In this document: positions 15,606-31,748 of the stretch, in pieces
Layout: each line of letters starts with the position of its first letter
How positions within the stretch are numbered: position 1 is the first letter of the stretch
From: Chrysomallon squamiferum
Taxonomy: Eukaryota > Animalia > Mollusca
Assembly: GCA_012295275.1 (NCBI GenBank)
Contig: CM022677.1
Location: 11,470,001-11,534,000 of the forward strand
Length of the DNA stretch: 64,000 nucleotides
Direction: 5' to 3'
Notes under the pieces: generated by a model
The model's input: the letters and a program-made list of their open reading frames with translations, nothing else
Databases searched by the model: none
Told to the model about the DNA's origin: nothing
Program-made: the position numbers and the translations under genes

Positions 15606-16895
15606 CGGGGTATTGGCATTAAAATTACCTCACGTCATTAGTTTTACACTATCAACAAATTCTACCATGTATAAACAAAATTCTAAGACGAAGATGTTGT
15701 AAAAATGAAACTAACTTCGTCCTTCAGCAAGCATCATATTATTATTTTAGATGTCATAATATGCGACAGTTTTGGCAGCCGGAAAATAACGATGATCCCA
15801 AATAAATCTTTCTTTGAAAACTGATTTAAATTGAGATTGATGAAAACGAATTATCAGATATTTTCTTTTTAGGTGCAGTGTCACGTAATATACCAGACAA
15901 ACAGAAAGATCCATTTGCTGTATTCATCAACCTGTAATTAATTCTCACATTTTCCTGTAATAAAGCCTTCTGATAAAATCACCACCACTGTTTATGTGAC
16001 AAATTTATTATCGAGTGATTTTTAACTCGTTACAGTTATGCAGAAACAGTGGTAAGATTTGTAGCCTCTTCTTTATGAAACCGGAAAGTATAATCAGAAA
16101 TATGGAGGACATTCTATAGCAATATTAAATTACAAATTATGTTCAGAGTTATTAATGTCATTAATAAAATATTAAGTTATTTTCGTTGTTTTAACAGTGT
16201 ATAAACTGCGCTTCTGATAACTTGAGAATAAATGACTACAACGTGACTTTTCTTTCTTTTTTTAAACTTTTTCAGTATATTTTAACCTTGAGATATCCCG
16301 TTTATTTTGTAATAGGAGCACTGTTCATAAACGTGAATTGAGACTGAGCAAAAATGATATAAAATATAGGTTATTATAACTAAATCTCAGTGTATTCATT
16401 CAAACAGCTCTACTGGCGGTAATTATAAACTTTGCATTAAATAAAGTTGCAGAAAATGATTCATTCTATTAAAGTATATTAATTTACAGTACTGCTAGTA
16501 ACTAAAGGATAATTACTGTTGTGACATTCAAGTTAATAGAAAATTAGACTTTTAGGCAAAAAATGAAGATTAATTACAGGCTGATGGTATGAATCAACAT
16601 AAACCTTTTTAAAGTGAAATGCTTGATCGCTAGAAATTAATGTGGTTTACACAGCATATTAGAGTGATATTTAGATGTGCAGCGTAATATCAAGTGGTGC
16701 TGTGTTCTTTATTTAACAAATATTGTAAAAAGAAAAGTCTACATGACAGAAAAAGGTGAGATACATTTTATTATCTATCACAGTTTATTATTTATAATTA
16801 CAGTCTTCTAGAGTCAGAACAAGTTGAGAATAAAATATATTAATCTGAGTACTGTTGTGTAAATGAATAAATTGAGTTTCACCTATAATAATGTT

Positions 16896-16962
<67 letters not shown>

Positions 16963-19900
16963 GGACTTCTTTTTCATTTTATTTATTTTATTTTATTATT
17001 ATTATTTTTAATGAAACAAATCCCACAACAAACATCAAACACACACCTCAGTACTCATTCAAAATTTTTAATAATAACAATAACAGTCACATAATTACAG
17101 ATAAACCTGAATTTAATCATATGTCATGTTAATAATAAAAATACTGACAGTGAATACAACGTAAATTCCGACGCGCAGTTTTTCTTCAGATATCTGTAGA
17201 AATGTAATTCTCAGTTTGTCAGAATAACCGTTGTGACTCTAAAAGCCTTCTCTCCAGCTGCAATCTTAATACATTATCCAGAGATACTCGTATTTTCCTG
17301 TAATATATAAAATAAATAAAAAAAAAAAAAAAAAAAAAAAAAAATAATAATTTAATAATAATAATAATAATAATAATAATTTATAATAATAATAATTTTA
17401 TCTGAAATATTAACATTAATGTTTAGTTGTTATTAAAGTTTAAAAAAATGTTTATCACTTAACCTGTTCCATAATTCTCGATTTACACTGATTCTACATT
17501 CTGTCATATTAACTGCGCTCCTACTAAACATGTTTGTTTGGTTTTTTTTCATAAATAAAAATGAAATATTTACTTTATTTATACGGCGTTATTTGATTTT
17601 AATAACCTTTTCCCGCAATATCACCTTTCCTTTTTGTATTCTCTAATTGTTAAATACAAAATGTTTGACATTATACAGCGCCGTGTTTCACAATAATATG
17701 TGGGTAAGTAACAGAAAACAACATTGCGCCGTTTCTTAAACTAAATTTTGATAACCTTGACATAGTCGAAAAATAAAATGTTATTTTCAGTTACAGCACA
17801 GAAGATTTTGATATATTTTATTAAAAACGGCGTTAACTTGATAAGATGAATAATTTTCTGCAGATAACTCGTGCCTGTCTGACTTTTCCTATTGTTAAGA
17901 GAAAGTATATCAGTTAATTTTCTGAAAGGAAATATTTCTACTATAAAATAAGAATATAATTACCAAAATATTCAGTTTTGTACAGAAATAAGCCTGGGAA
18001 AAGGGAAACTTATTAATGTATTTTCACTCGGTCATTCTGTATTTTATCTATATTTATCTATTATTATTATTGTATTCAGAAGTGATTTAATACAATGAAA
18101 TATTAATTTTCGAGGTAAACAACAAAACTTCTTGACATTTTAAGTTTGTTTTGATAATGACGTGTAAAAACATGTGTTAAACAGAGGTACAGTTATTATA
18201 AGATTCAGGTAATTTTCGCTCATTGTCTCAATTTATTCCTGTAAACTGCTGGTAGTAAAATAAAACGTAAATTCTGTCCAACGTTCTCAAATTATCTTCA
18301 GAAAACTACGCTCATAGAAACTAAATATGATATTTATGTCATTAATTCTGAAGTTATTAATATAAATTACTGTGATTCCATTAAGGTAGCAGCTAGGTTT
18401 TAAAGTTATACTATTCTGTTCTTGACAACATATTTTTAAAGTTTTGTAGAAGACTATGGATAGGCATCTCTTTTTTTGTATATAACTTACAAATTATAAT
18501 ATTAATACAGTAGACATCTCTTAGTAGAACAAAATGTAACTGTAATGAAATTATCAATATTGTTTATGATACAAAACAGTGATAAATCATAATAAAACAT
18601 CACGTTATTTTCACTCAGTATCAATTTATGATATAAACGTCGCTGGTTTTATATATAAAACGTGAATTACGTCGCGTTTTACAAAACAGAAAACTTCGCT
18701 TATCTCTGTGAATTTTAATTTTAATGTCGTTTGCTTTGCAAAATCAAATTTTGTGATTCATGTAAAGAGCATATTCATTTTTAATTTGTTATTTTTATTT
18801 TTATTTTTTTTTTGAGAAGAAACTGTAACTCAGTTTAACAGAAAAATATTGTCACAATAGAGTAGCTTCCCCTGTATATCTAGTCATTAAGTTATTTATT
18901 TCTAAATTTACAAGTCGAGAGCTGTAAAATGCCACTATAAAATAAAAGCTCAGACTTAATAAGAATCCATTCATTTTTGTTGATACGTTGATAATAAATT
19001 TATGTTGTCAACATAAGCGCAGTTTTCACAGGTAATTTGAAACTGAACGGCGACATTTACTGTTATTAACTCTATCAAGATTATTCTTCAAAAGCCGATA
19101 TCTTTAGCTGTATCCAAGATTATACTGACAGTTTTAAATATTTGTTATGAAGCAAAACAGAGGTGAACGTACTAAAATATCGAGGTAAGGAGTGGTTCTT
19201 TTACTAAGATGGAACGTAATTTCCACTCAGTCTCAGTTTAGTCGTATAAGCTGGTACCTAATAAAAACGTAAATTCTGTCGAGCAGTCTCAAATTATTTT
19301 CAGGAAGCAACGAAAATAAATATGAAATTATACATAGAAACTAATGATTAACTGGTATAATATTGGTTACCATATTTAAAAGTATGATTTATTTGAAAGG
19401 CCCTCTGTATTTCTCAACAATAACAAAATATATAAATAAATAAATAAATAAATAAATATATAGTTTTATAAAATTTGTTTTAAAGAGACATGAAAAGATA
19501 TGATCAGTATGGCTTTCTGTTAGTTATTACTGTGATAATGAAATTTTCTGAAACAATTGTACAGTCAACTTTGCAAAAGTAATTTAAAATAATTAAATTT
19601 AAAATGAACATGCAACACTGAAACAGTAGGAGATACACAGAAAGAATATACATTATTAGGGAGATGCATAAAGATATAGATAGAACAATACTAATAGTAA
19701 CTAGTTTGGACTGTTCATAGAGAGAAGCAGGCGGCGACAGAAAAATTGTTAAAACTGACAGAGAAACACATGGACAGATGTGGGTATATGTGTTTGAATG
19801 TTAGAAAAACATATATACATACACACAAGTTGTATATGAGTGTATGTGTGTACTGAAGGAAATTATAATTTTTGTATGTGGTATCTGAGGCATGGATACC

Positions 19901-20514
19901 GAGCGATAGACAGACAGATGTGAATGTGAAAGGATGAGTTGGTACAGACAGGTTATCTGTGAGAAAGAGTTAATGTGTTTGTTGTCAAATAACTGCTGCA
20001 TGTGAAAGACAGTGTCCTTGTTTATGTATAAATAAAGTTCTAAGTGTTTTGATTGTTGTTTTGTTTTTAAAAAATGAATAGAAAAATGATATACAATTAG
20101 ATAAAAAAATACAATTAATAATTGGATTATTTTAATGATTTATTCTTATATCTTGATTTTGAATTGTTTATTAACATTAAAAGATATTTGAAAAAAGCTG
20201 AAATTAATCAGGCTAAAAGAGTAATTTTAGCTCTATTAAAACCAATATCTTTTTCAAAAACAGATTTGCAGTAATTTTTATTTTAAAGAAAATGAAAATG
20301 AAACGATGTAATAATAATAATAATAAATCAAATAAACCAACAAATAATGGAAACTCGTTGTTTAGAAACTGTTGTATTTAATATTGGAATATTTTGCTTG
20401 AATTTTTTTTTTTATTCAATTAGCTGAATTCATCTAAAAGTAGTAAATTGAATTTAGCTCAGTCTTTTTCTATTAATGGTCTAAGGGAAATAACTCTATT
20501 TAACGGGTTTGTAA

Positions 20515-20557
<43 letters not shown>

Positions 20558-20998
20558 TACAGAATGCCATTTTTGTTGATTAGTGTTCATTCTAGTGCTT
20601 TGATTGTTTGTTTTTGTAAAATCGAACAAGATGTCTATATAAAAGATAATGATTAAATCAGATTATCTTTTCTGGTTGACAACAAATAACGAAGATATTG
20701 ATCATTATAAATAATAAAACTAAAAACAGACAAAGACTAGTCTTTATTTATTTATTTTTGTTTTAAAATATTTGAATGTGCCTTAACATTTTTAATGTTA
20801 ACAAACTGAAAAATGTTTAGCATGATTTTCCATTTTGATTATTGTTTTTAGATAAGATGCAATGGGTTTGATTTTGTAGATGTCAGGATTTAAAACAGTT
20901 AAGAACAAATAATGTTTTTGTATTAAAAATATTTGTACTGCCACTCATTTATGTAACATGTCCTGGTTATATTTTATTGTTTTTTATTTTTTATTATT

Positions 20999-21030
<32 letters not shown>

Positions 21031-22446
21031 TTTCATTTTTCCCCCAGCTTTTTAATTGAATTAATTCAATACAGATTATAAAATACTTGGAAGACATTTC
21101 CATTTGCACATATTTGAAATAATTTTTTGAATTTTTCCAACATGTGAAAGGCTAATTATAAAATACTGAGAAAAATTCCATTTATGTACATTTTTTCTCT
21201 TCTTTGATTTTTATCATTTTTAAATTATGATTTTCTATTTTTAATAATTCAATTATTCTTTCTAAAGTGTTGTGGTTTCTCTGGACAGGGAAGACTGTGA
21301 TGTAAAAGCATTCTAGTGCTTTAGTTAACCTTTTCTGAAAATGGGTCTTACATCATTTTCAACTGAAGTGCTGGCTGAGGCAGCTTGAATCTGTTGTCGA
21401 GGATCCTACAACAAAATATAATATTCATTAATAAACAAAACATAAAACAAAGTGAAAGAAGTATTTGTTGTTGGCTCTAACTGCATTTCACTGTCTTAGC
21501 AAGAAAAATTTTAGTCCACATTTTTATTTTTTCCATAAAACTTTAATAATAACAATAATTTATTAAATGTTTTTATATTCTCAATTTAAATCAGTTTAAG
21601 ATTTTTTTTTTAACTTTGATATAAAAGGATTAAAATAGCAATACATCAGTAAAAGTGATTATGAAAAAATATATTTTAATATATTTGAATAATTCTGTAA
21701 CTTGATACAATTTGTTATTTACACTGTGCTTTAGTCCAGTTTAAGATGGCTGCAAGGAATATTAAGTAAATAAACATTTTAAACTATATAGCTATTCATT
21801 ACACAATACAGATTCTATTTGAAATACTAACAAACTAACAAATTATTTAATTAATTAAAATATTTAATTATAACATTCTTTCCTGCCACTTTAATGTAAT
21901 TTAATTGTTGCCATTAATGAAATATATTGTCTTATAAATAAACCAGAATTATTTTCTGCATTCAACCAATAGTTACAATAAAGAATCCTTTACATATAAT
22001 TTAAAATGTATTTAAAACAAAGACAATATTACACATGCATGAGATAAAATAAGAAAATAAGCTAAATCTTTCAAGCCAATTTATGCATATTCCATCTGTC
22101 TACCAAATTTCAAAATATGGTAAATATCTTCAGCCCTACCACATAAAGTATTAAAATGTATGGATTTCAGATTACAGGGAGATATTAATAAAAGCAAATT
22201 TCAAATTTATACAAATGTTCTGTTCCCTACTCTATTAGGCTGGCATGCAAATTATTACAAGGTTTACACTGATTCTATACTACTAATGTTCAGTGCATCA
22301 TTTTGCAAAAACACAAATGTATTATATTTTCATGTATGCTGCTTAAATCAGTATAACATTTTGTGTAGAATTTTGTGAAAGACTGAAGAAATATTTAAAA
22401 CTGAAGTAAAATGGAAAGGTTTACAATGAATAATGTATTTAAATAC

Positions 22447-22565
22447 CTGCTGGACAGCACCAAATACTTCAACTCTACTGGAGACTCAAGCTGCTCTTTG
22501 TTCCAAAATGTCAATTCGATTTTGAATTTATCAACAATTTCTTGAATAACAAGCTGATTTAACTT
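22447..22565 (-). CDS. Isolated coding-like exon of an unidentified gene (KLNQLVIQEIVDKFKIELTFWNKEQLESPVELKYLVLSS); probable next exon begins ~21406
   Basis: Open frame bounded by a ttcAG acceptor and GTat donor. A phase-compatible downstream exon (ILDNRFKLPQ) soon hits a stop. Confidence 0.4.
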
Positions 22566-25319
22566 CTGAAAACATACAGTTTAAATCCACAGACTAGTAT
22601 ATTGTTTTTTTCTATTCCTATAAATATATGTGATACCAGATGAAAGATCATTCAGTAAGTACTCTCATTTCCTTGTTATAAAATGATTTAATAAATTAAG
22701 TCATATGAATCAATAAAATTAGAGTAAATTAAAAATTGAAATATAACCTTCTTAAAATCTTTTCTTTGTATTCTAATGAGATCTAATGATGCGGTTATCA
22801 ATTCAAATTATTTACCGAAAGATAATTTAAAGTTAGATAACAAATATGTCTAAAATAAATTTGAATCACATAATTAAAGCTAAAGTAGAATTTTTCATTC
22901 AGAAAGACCTTCAAGAAAATTAACATAGATCTGTATTTCTTTATGAACTGATTTCACACATACCTCAACATCATTCCTTAAGCTATGCATTGTTATCATT
23001 ATTCATTGTCAAAAATCCCACAATAAAGGGCAACTGATTATTTTTGATAACTGTTACTGAATCACAACAATTTGTATAAATGTTTAGAACCTGGCAGAAA
23101 AAACTATGTTATTACAGTCATTTTGATTACATATTGCATTACCTTTCTGGGACAGCACAGTACTGACTCTATACATCTAATTTTATATTTGATTAAAAAT
23201 ATAAGTTTATAATCTGGCTACAACAATAAACTTATCCAGAATAATAATATTTTAATCTGAAAAGATCATTTTAGAATGAGATGATATAATTATTGCAAAC
23301 CACAAAAAAGTTGTTTATGCCTGCAGATCCGTTTCTTGAACAAGAAAGTGAACCAGCTGATAAAAAAAATTAAATTTTTTTTTAGACAAAAGTGGTTTCA
23401 CTTTATTTGCTGAATGGAAAAGTTTTGTGCCATTTTAATTTTTATTTTAACTTAACCTTTGAATGTTGTTGTATTATTGCTTTATTTATTCTTTGCATTT
23501 TATTATTGTTTTGAATTTATTCTATTCAAAATCAATTAGCTTAATATAAAAAACAATATAGTTGCGAATGTGAAACTGTAGAAAAAGCTTTATCATTAAG
23601 TTGTGGTTTATATTTTGAATAAAATTATTAAAATTACATTGATCACATTATTATAGCAATTAAAGAAAATCAAAATTAATATTTCAAAGAAAACATTTTT
23701 GACAGTAGCTCTCTTAACAATACTTATTATAACACTTTTGTTATATTCAAAGAACTAAAAACTCAATATGTAAAATGATAGAAATAGTAGAAATAATCAT
23801 ATAAGTGTATAATTAAGTTGTGCAAGTCTCAGACAAGAATGTAACAAGATTTAATTTTTTTAATGGTATTTTTAGCATTTGTATGAAGTTGAAATGATCT
23901 GCAAATGGTTTATTTTATGAATTCAGTGGAATATAAACTTAATTTATAGGGGAGATAATAGAATGTCAGTTTCTACAGTTAATTAAGTATTAATCCATTT
24001 TGTTTTATAGAAGAGCATTGGATAATGAGAAATATAGCTTGCGCTTATTGATTAACGTCATTTGTTTATTGACTATATTAGAACATATAAAATAAAAAAT
24101 AAAATGTCACATTATTATTACAGTTAAAACTAAATCTCTAAACTGTGAATTTAAAAAAAAAAAAATATGCTGCCGGGAAATAGAGAGTTAGGTACCCTTT
24201 TTTCAGCAGTAGCTGAAGAGTTGATACTTGGCACTAATAGAAGAAAATATCATTTTTATAATTCCAGGCAAAGCGTTGTATATATTTCAGAAATATACTT
24301 TTTCTAAGCAGGAGAATGATGATGGTGATTTTCATTACCACAGATTGTGTTCTTAATTAGTTTTCTGATAATTAATATTTAATCAGTATATTTTAATAAA
24401 TGTGGTACTTGCTCGTCCTATACCACGGCGAGTGTTTTGTGAAGAAACGTTTGTGTGAAATTAGTTTATTTGAGGTAAACATCACATAGCAAGAAGAAAA
24501 AGAAAAATATTACTGCAATTCCAAAAAATGTACTTGTTTGTAATTTTTACTAATTTTAAACCTAATTAAGTAAAGTAGAAAAAGTAAAATAAAATAAAAA
24601 TAAAATAAAAATAAAACTAATAATTACGGAATTGAACCCAACAGTGGTAAAAAGAAAAGTGAAATAGAAAAAACAAAACAATTATAAGAATGACCAAAAT
24701 AATTTTAATTCTAAAATTGCAATATACATGTAATATATATACTTTTCCTTGAAACTTGAGCAAAAAAAAAAATCAATAAATAAAATGTATATGACATTAG
24801 ATATGTGTATCGTTTAAAGTTTTAAATACAAAAAAAATCAATATTAATATTACTAAAAACTGATGTTTTTAATTTAATTTTTTTTATTTTCATCATCATT
24901 ATTATTTTTTAAGAAGATAAAAACTCAAAATTATTTTAGAAATATTGGTGTCTTGTAAATACTCAAAGTAGTCTTCTGAAACTAACTGAATATCATGATC
25001 CATATTCTCTGACAGTATCATACCTGTGATTTCCACTGAAAATTAATAACAAGCATCAGAAATTATGGGAAAACAATTTCAATAAAAACATTGATAATAG
25101 ACAAACATTCCACATTATTCAAATAATTGTAAATTCTGTAAATGAAACAGTGAAATAAATTCAAAATATTTGTTTATTGTTTAATTTTACACAGAGTTAT
25201 ATTATTCTATAATATAATAATAAGTGTGTATATAACCCACAAAAATAACCCCCAAGACAAAATATATACCATAATCTTAGATATATCAGGCATGGATCAT
25301 CAGCTAGATTGTTAAATAA

Positions 25320-26381
25320 CCTTCTACCAGTCTGTGTAGCAGATCCACATGTTGCAGACCAGGCACCATAAACATAAGCACTAACAAAAATAGTTTTGTA
25401 TAAATGGAATATAAAATATACATTATAACTTTAGAAATATGCTGTTTAATGGTTCAGTAAACCTAATGTAATTCAATGGCCTTAAAGTTCCACCAAATCA
25501 TTAACAACTGGATTATAGAGAAATCATTAAATAAATATTTTTTTATTTGTCATTCTTCACTTCTTAGGCAGAGAAGTAATTTTATTCCTCAGATTATTTA
25601 GTGACAACATCTTTCCTCACAATCTAGAGAGTGTTATTTATTGTCATCTTAGAATAGATGCATAAATGCCTCACAGTAAACAAGATGCCCACCTGTCTGT
25701 ACATAATTTGTTTAAACGAAAATATATGAATATATTTGATTTAATTATTGCCTGTTACTTGGACATAAAACATTTGTTTCACATGTTTCTTGAAGATTCC
25801 TGTGTCATCTGTTCCTCAGTCTTTGCCTCCATTCTTAGGATTTGTGCAGGTTCTTATCTCAAATCTTCTTCTGGTGCCTCTACCACATGTTTCACTACAA
25901 CTACCCAGTCTCTGAAGTGACCATGCAGTCCAGGCACCGTCAACTGTAAGAGTAAAATTAAAGAATAAATAAATAAATAAATAAATTAATTAATTAATTA
26001 AAACTGAGAATTAAATAGTTTTTAACAATGTCGTAGATAAAAGCTAAAAACATAATTTTGTATTTCAGACATTAGACAGAAAATGCAGACAGTTTCACCA
26101 AATTTAACACATATTCAATTCACCTAATTATAAAAATAGTTTAAGAAGCTCTTTATTGATATGACCAGATTTATAATTTTGATGAAAGCAGACACAGGAA
26201 TTAATTCTTGGTCATTTTAAAATTCTTCCTGCTATATAAAATAATCACCTCTGTTACATGATCCTCCAGTACAGGCTTCTGTGGTTGTGCATGCACCACC
26301 TTGAATACACCCTGACAATTCAGATCTGTGCAAGAAACATATGTCATAGGCCTCAGATATTCTTATCCAAGGGGGACCACA
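25320..26381 (-). pseudogene. Thrombospondin type-1 repeat (TSP1) exons, disrupted
   Basis: Exon ~25943-25758 translates DGAWTAWS..GSCSETCGRGTRRR..RTCTNPKNGGKD*G (a conserved Cys codon is TGA). Exon ~25380-25321 gives YGAWSATCGSATQTGR; a Cys-rich exon lies at ~26381-26249. Confidence 0.75.
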
Positions 26382-26619
26382 CTGAATATTAAATATTTAA
26401 ATATTTCTTATAATGGTTTTGCTTTTAATCAATAAAAACTAGAATGTCAATTGTTTCAGTACACTTTTGATATTAAACATTTGTGTGTGTTTATGTATGT
26501 ATGTGTGTGTGTGTGTTATCGTGTTTCTGTGAGTCTGTGTGTGTGTGTGTGTGTCAGAGAGAGACATATGAAAAGTTTTATATGGTAGAGGAGTAAGAGA
26601 ACATTTGGGGTATTTTCTC

Positions 26620-28085
26620 ATCACACAAATATGTTAACACACCACACCCTAGATCTGTACCTGCTGTCTTCTGTACAGATAAATTTCTATTTAACTTACA
26701 CTTGTTGTTTAGATGTTATAATTAATAATGTTGATATCTTTTAAAATAAATATAATTTTTTCATTTTCTGTTATTGCCTTGTTTTTCGTTATTAATGCCG
26801 CTTTAAGATAAATTTGAATGAACTTTTACGAATGCAATAAACATCTCTACCAAAACCCAGTAACAGTAATCTAAATAATCCATTGAAGAAATCTGTGAAT
26901 ATTATTAATAATGTTCATTACGCTTTACTAATCTTGACTTCAGAAAAACAGTTGATTAAAGACGTGCACATTTCATCATCTCTGAAAATATATCCTTAGA
27001 ACATGGTTATTGTAAACACTCATGTGACAAGAACCGTGATTTCTTCTAGTGAAATTCCATATCTATACAATAATATAACCGATAATCTCTAACAATCAAT
27101 ACAATAAAACTGCTTCTTATTTTGTTATCAGTGGGTAAAATTATCAGTGCAAATAGCGATATTCTTTAGTTAAAAATCAATGTTAAAAGTTCACGCTTTA
27201 TCATTTAAATAAATCAATCTATAAATAATCAGATAAATATATGTTTATATGGTTAAATATATTTTGATATAATTAAGTATTTCTGACTTAATTAAATATA
27301 TTTTGATATGATTACATAATTTCTCATTGAATTATATCATAAATAAATCATTTATAAACTGATTTATTTATAATATATTTTTTGCTTGTTTTTAAAAAGA
27401 AGTATTTGGTTTTTAACTCGACGGAAAAGATATACTAAGAATAAATCTGATTTCTCTGATAACTTTATGCGGCCTAATAAAAAATTCGAAGTAATTTTGA
27501 TACCCGCACTCAGAACAGTTCTAATGAAACTAAGAGCATAGAGTCAAATATATATAGGAAGCTTCCGATTTTACAGAAAAATAAAAACAAAATAAAAAAT
27601 AAAGATATTACTATTGTTGTTATTGTTCTGCTGTCGACAAAAAAAGAGGACAAATATGCTTCATTGTTATATAGATTATTACTGGTGGAGCGGTTATAGT
27701 AATATCTAAAGTAATAACATGTTCACCTTCTTTGTTCGCAGCTAATCATCGTGATTCCAGGGAATTAACTCTGATATTTTTCAATATAACCTGATATAAA
27801 TATCCGATATTAATAAAATATGAAATTAACTTTTCTCAACATACTTAATCTACAAACTAAATATCATTGTTCAACCAGCAATTAATTCTCACCTTTTTCT
27901 TTTTACAGGTAATTAAACCGCTTATTTTCATAACGCCATGTAGAATTATCATTTATAACTGTCAGTAATATCTAATAGATATAGTTATCAATATTTTCTG
28001 TAGTAATATTCAAGTTCAACGTTATAGTAAAATTACAACTTTTTATTATACGATTTAGAATTAGCAAAGTAAAATATTCTGCCTG
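26620..28085 (+). repeat. Segmental duplicate; paralog at ~53843-56075
   Basis: Collinear blocks: catttggg.tatt..tcatcacacaaat..cctagatct; ctaagaataaatctgatttctctgataacttt..ggcctaataaaaaattcgaag; gtgattccagggaattaactc; aattaaaccgcttattttcataacgccatgtagaatt. Confidence 0.9.
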
Positions 28086-28131
28086 ACATAAGATTTTAAA
28101 ATCAAACCATGAAAGAAACGGAATCCAAGAC

Positions 28132-28213
<82 letters not shown>

Positions 28214-30612
28214 TCACACTCTCACTCACTCACTCAGACACACTCACTCACAAATACACACACACACACACTTTCACTCACTAATACACAGGCACGCGCA
28301 CACCCACATCCAATAAAAATAAAATAGGAGAAACAACCGCACGAACAAAAAGTGCAAATATAAAAATATAAATACAAAGAAAAAACGTTTTAAAAACATG
28401 ATTAAATATGAAACTGTATACTGGAGATCTAAAGACATGTTTTAAATCCGAGTGTTTTAAATAGGGGTCATGTTTCGTCTTTATTTACCGAGTACGTTCA
28501 AGTTAGGTTTACATGTTAAACATTATTATACTGTTTCTATTAATGACGCAATCGTTGCCTTCGTAACGGCGTTGTTCCTAGTTTTATTCGAGTACGTCTC
28601 ATTAGTCTTCAGCGCTTTTTATTAATTATTCCTCATATTTTCTGAGCGCGCGGCTCACATATTAAAATATATTATTGTAATGTCGTTGCCGTCGTACTAG
28701 GCGTTGCCCCTAACGTTATTGGTGTACACTTCACTATTCTTATTAAAATATATTATTATCTCCGTTAATGTCGCCGTCGTTGTCATCGTAAAGCGGTTAT
28801 TCGTAATGTTTTTGGAGTACTTATCATTATTCTTTTAAAAAACATCACAAAAACATTATTAAAAATATGTAGAAATTTCACTGTGCACAATGACAACAGT
28901 CACAGACTTTCACTGGAACTGTCTCATTTATGTATGAGAATGGTTTTTATTTTTACTATGACAGATGAGAAAACATTAATGAAATATACATATTTATATA
29001 CTTTGTTTTTTCTTTGAGTGTCTGAATGAAAATAAAATATCTTATTCAGCTGTCTCTCTCTTTCACTTAGCTCCGTCTTTGTCACTGTCTCGTTGTCTCT
29101 AAATTGTCTCAATCTAATTATCTGCCTCATTCACGTGTTTTATAATTATTTTTATAATGATCTCTTTTTATAATTATTTCATTTATTTGTTGTATTTATT
29201 ATTATTAATTATTGCTTGGATATAGTCAGAAATTAAAGTGAAGAAGAGAGCTAGAAGTGACATCACTGTATTTCAAACTCAATGTGCAGCCAGTTAACTA
29301 AATTTTCAGCAGAATCAAAACAGTCTTAAATTCCACCACAACGTTAGACAAAATTGGACTTTGACATCTAGTTTTTTAATGAAATAGTTGTTTAAATTAG
29401 CAACAATAAATGTAACTTATTTTTCTTTACTATCAGATTTTGTAAAAAAACATATTGTTACTTCACTTAGTATTTTATCAAGAGAGAATAAAAATAACAA
29501 ACTCACATTAGCTATTTCTGAATAACGAGAATTAATTTGAATTATTTTATTATTTTTTTTAATTATTATTACTATTATTATATTTATTTTTATTACCCTT
29601 ACTGTTGTTATTACTATTACTATTATTATAATTATCATTATTATTATTATAATTACTACTGTGTTATTATTATAATTATTATTATTATAAATAATTCTGC
29701 CTATTCACTGGGTTCCTTCATTAGGAAATAAAACTAAACAACTTTCTTAGCTGAAATGGATGGTTTTTTTATTGCATACAAATTAACATTAAACATGATA
29801 ACGACCATTTCCCATCGTGATGTTTGCTTTATAATGAAGTAACTATTCACACCAGCCCACAAAACACATTTGCATATTATTTCAGATTCAGCTTGTGCCT
29901 TTACAATGTTTTTGTGTACGTTTTTACTGATCTAGGTTTACATATAATTAAATTTGAATAGATTATAGGCCATCAAATGAGAAATTTATATCATTTAAAA
30001 TTTATTTTAAATGTTTTGATACAATCTATTTTTAATTAATTTTTGTTTTAGACAGGAGCTGACAAAATGGAAATTTACATATATTTAAAACATTTTTAAA
30101 TTAAACTGTCATGAAATCTATTCATGAATTTTTTTATCATATTGGCAAAAAATACAAAATCTACATACTTGCATATTTAAGGTTAACAAAACATATATAT
30201 ATATATATATATATATCTATTTAATATTTTTAATAGATAATTGGGCCAATTAAAGGGAAATTATCTGATTTTTAAAGGTTTTTTTGTTTACAAACACAAA
30301 GCCCACTGATATGAAACTCTTTCCAGATGTAATCAGTTGCAGAAACTGGTACATCTAAACATTCTTTAAATTTCTACACACATATTATACATTGTATTTC
30401 TTTTTATTCTTTAACATCAAGACCATACTCTTACACTGTAAAAGAGAACATTTTGTTTTATAAAGCAAGAATCATCTCTCAGTTAGCAAAACAGCACTTT
30501 TGAAAAACTATTTATAAAAAATTTCATAAGGAATGAAACTGGAAAAATGAAGACATTATTAATAATAATAATTTTCATAACAGTAGTAATAGTAGTGGTA
30601 GTAATAATAGTA

Positions 30613-30653
<41 letters not shown>

Positions 30654-30942
30654 CTAGTAATAATAATAATAATACATTTTTTACATTTACCATTTGATAT
30701 GAGACATTAACTTGAAAGAGTCTATTTTCTGTCATTATCCATACAGAAATATATATATATATGTATTATAGAGATATATATATATATATATAAAAACTGA
30801 GAAGTATGCCATGTGTATGATTTTTCAGTGAATGACATAGATTAATAGAGATAATTATATATCTATATATAGATACAGAGATAGAGATAGATAAGATTGA
30901 CAGATGAGAGATAGATATGTGAGATAGGTGCATATATATATA

Positions 30943-31748
30943 CCGTATATACTTGTGTACAAGGCGACCTTATGTATAAGTCGACTGTAGATTCCAGGCA
31001 CCGTCACTAGTTTTAGACCAGTGTGACAGTGCCATGAAGGCCTACATTGTACGCCTACTGTAACATAACTTGCACGAGCTGTAACTTGCACGTGCAATTC
31101 AAAGTAAGATAATTTCGGAACCTCAGCAATTTTTTTTCTATCGAAACTCTGCTACAAGACACGCCCCCGATCCTATTCCTAGCGCGCTAATTGGCCGAGG
31201 CTTTGCGCACTTGGCAACCGACTAGAATAACAAATATGGCGAGAAGTTGAACTGATTTTTGTTGCAGAACGTTTATAGAAATTTAGTTTGTTTTCGATTT
31301 GTCGGTAGTGGATATTAATGACGATTGCAATATTATTTCACCAAATTCTTTACAATTACACAAGTGAGTTTTGTTTATGAAATTTAGTGCAATTTGGCAG
31401 AGAAGTCTGCATTCCTAGATCATTGCAAGACGCCGTAAGGCATAACACCGTACTGACGGTTTTCTCGCTTTAAAATGTATTTTTATGTCATTAAACGGAA
31501 GAATATCATGTTTTACATTCATATTTGGTTTTGTTATTTAATTTTTCCAAATTTTTTATATGATAAAATTATATTTTTGAAAAGCTGAAAGACCACGATT
31601 ATTTTAGATGCATCCCGTAGCAAAAAATAGTCAAAATGGCGACTCTTCAGCAACAGCTACAAAAGCATTACCTATGTATAAGTCGACCCCCAAAATATTA
31701 CCTTAATATAGTCTCCCAAAAATTTGACTTATACACAAGTATATACGG
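30943..31748. mobile_element. Tc1/mariner-pogo-like MITE
   Basis: TIRs ccgtatatacttgtgtacaaggc / gacttatacacaagtatatacgg (21/23 match), flanked by TA on both sides within (TA)n. The subterminal tatgtataagtcgac repeats near both ends. Confidence 0.85.

Noticed and set aside
17140-17300. Possible minus-strand exon (GKYEYLWIMY*..) and similar islands at ~15870-15932, ~57900-58230 and ~60060-60120
   Set aside because: They contain stops or are too short, and no family was recognisable, so they were not called
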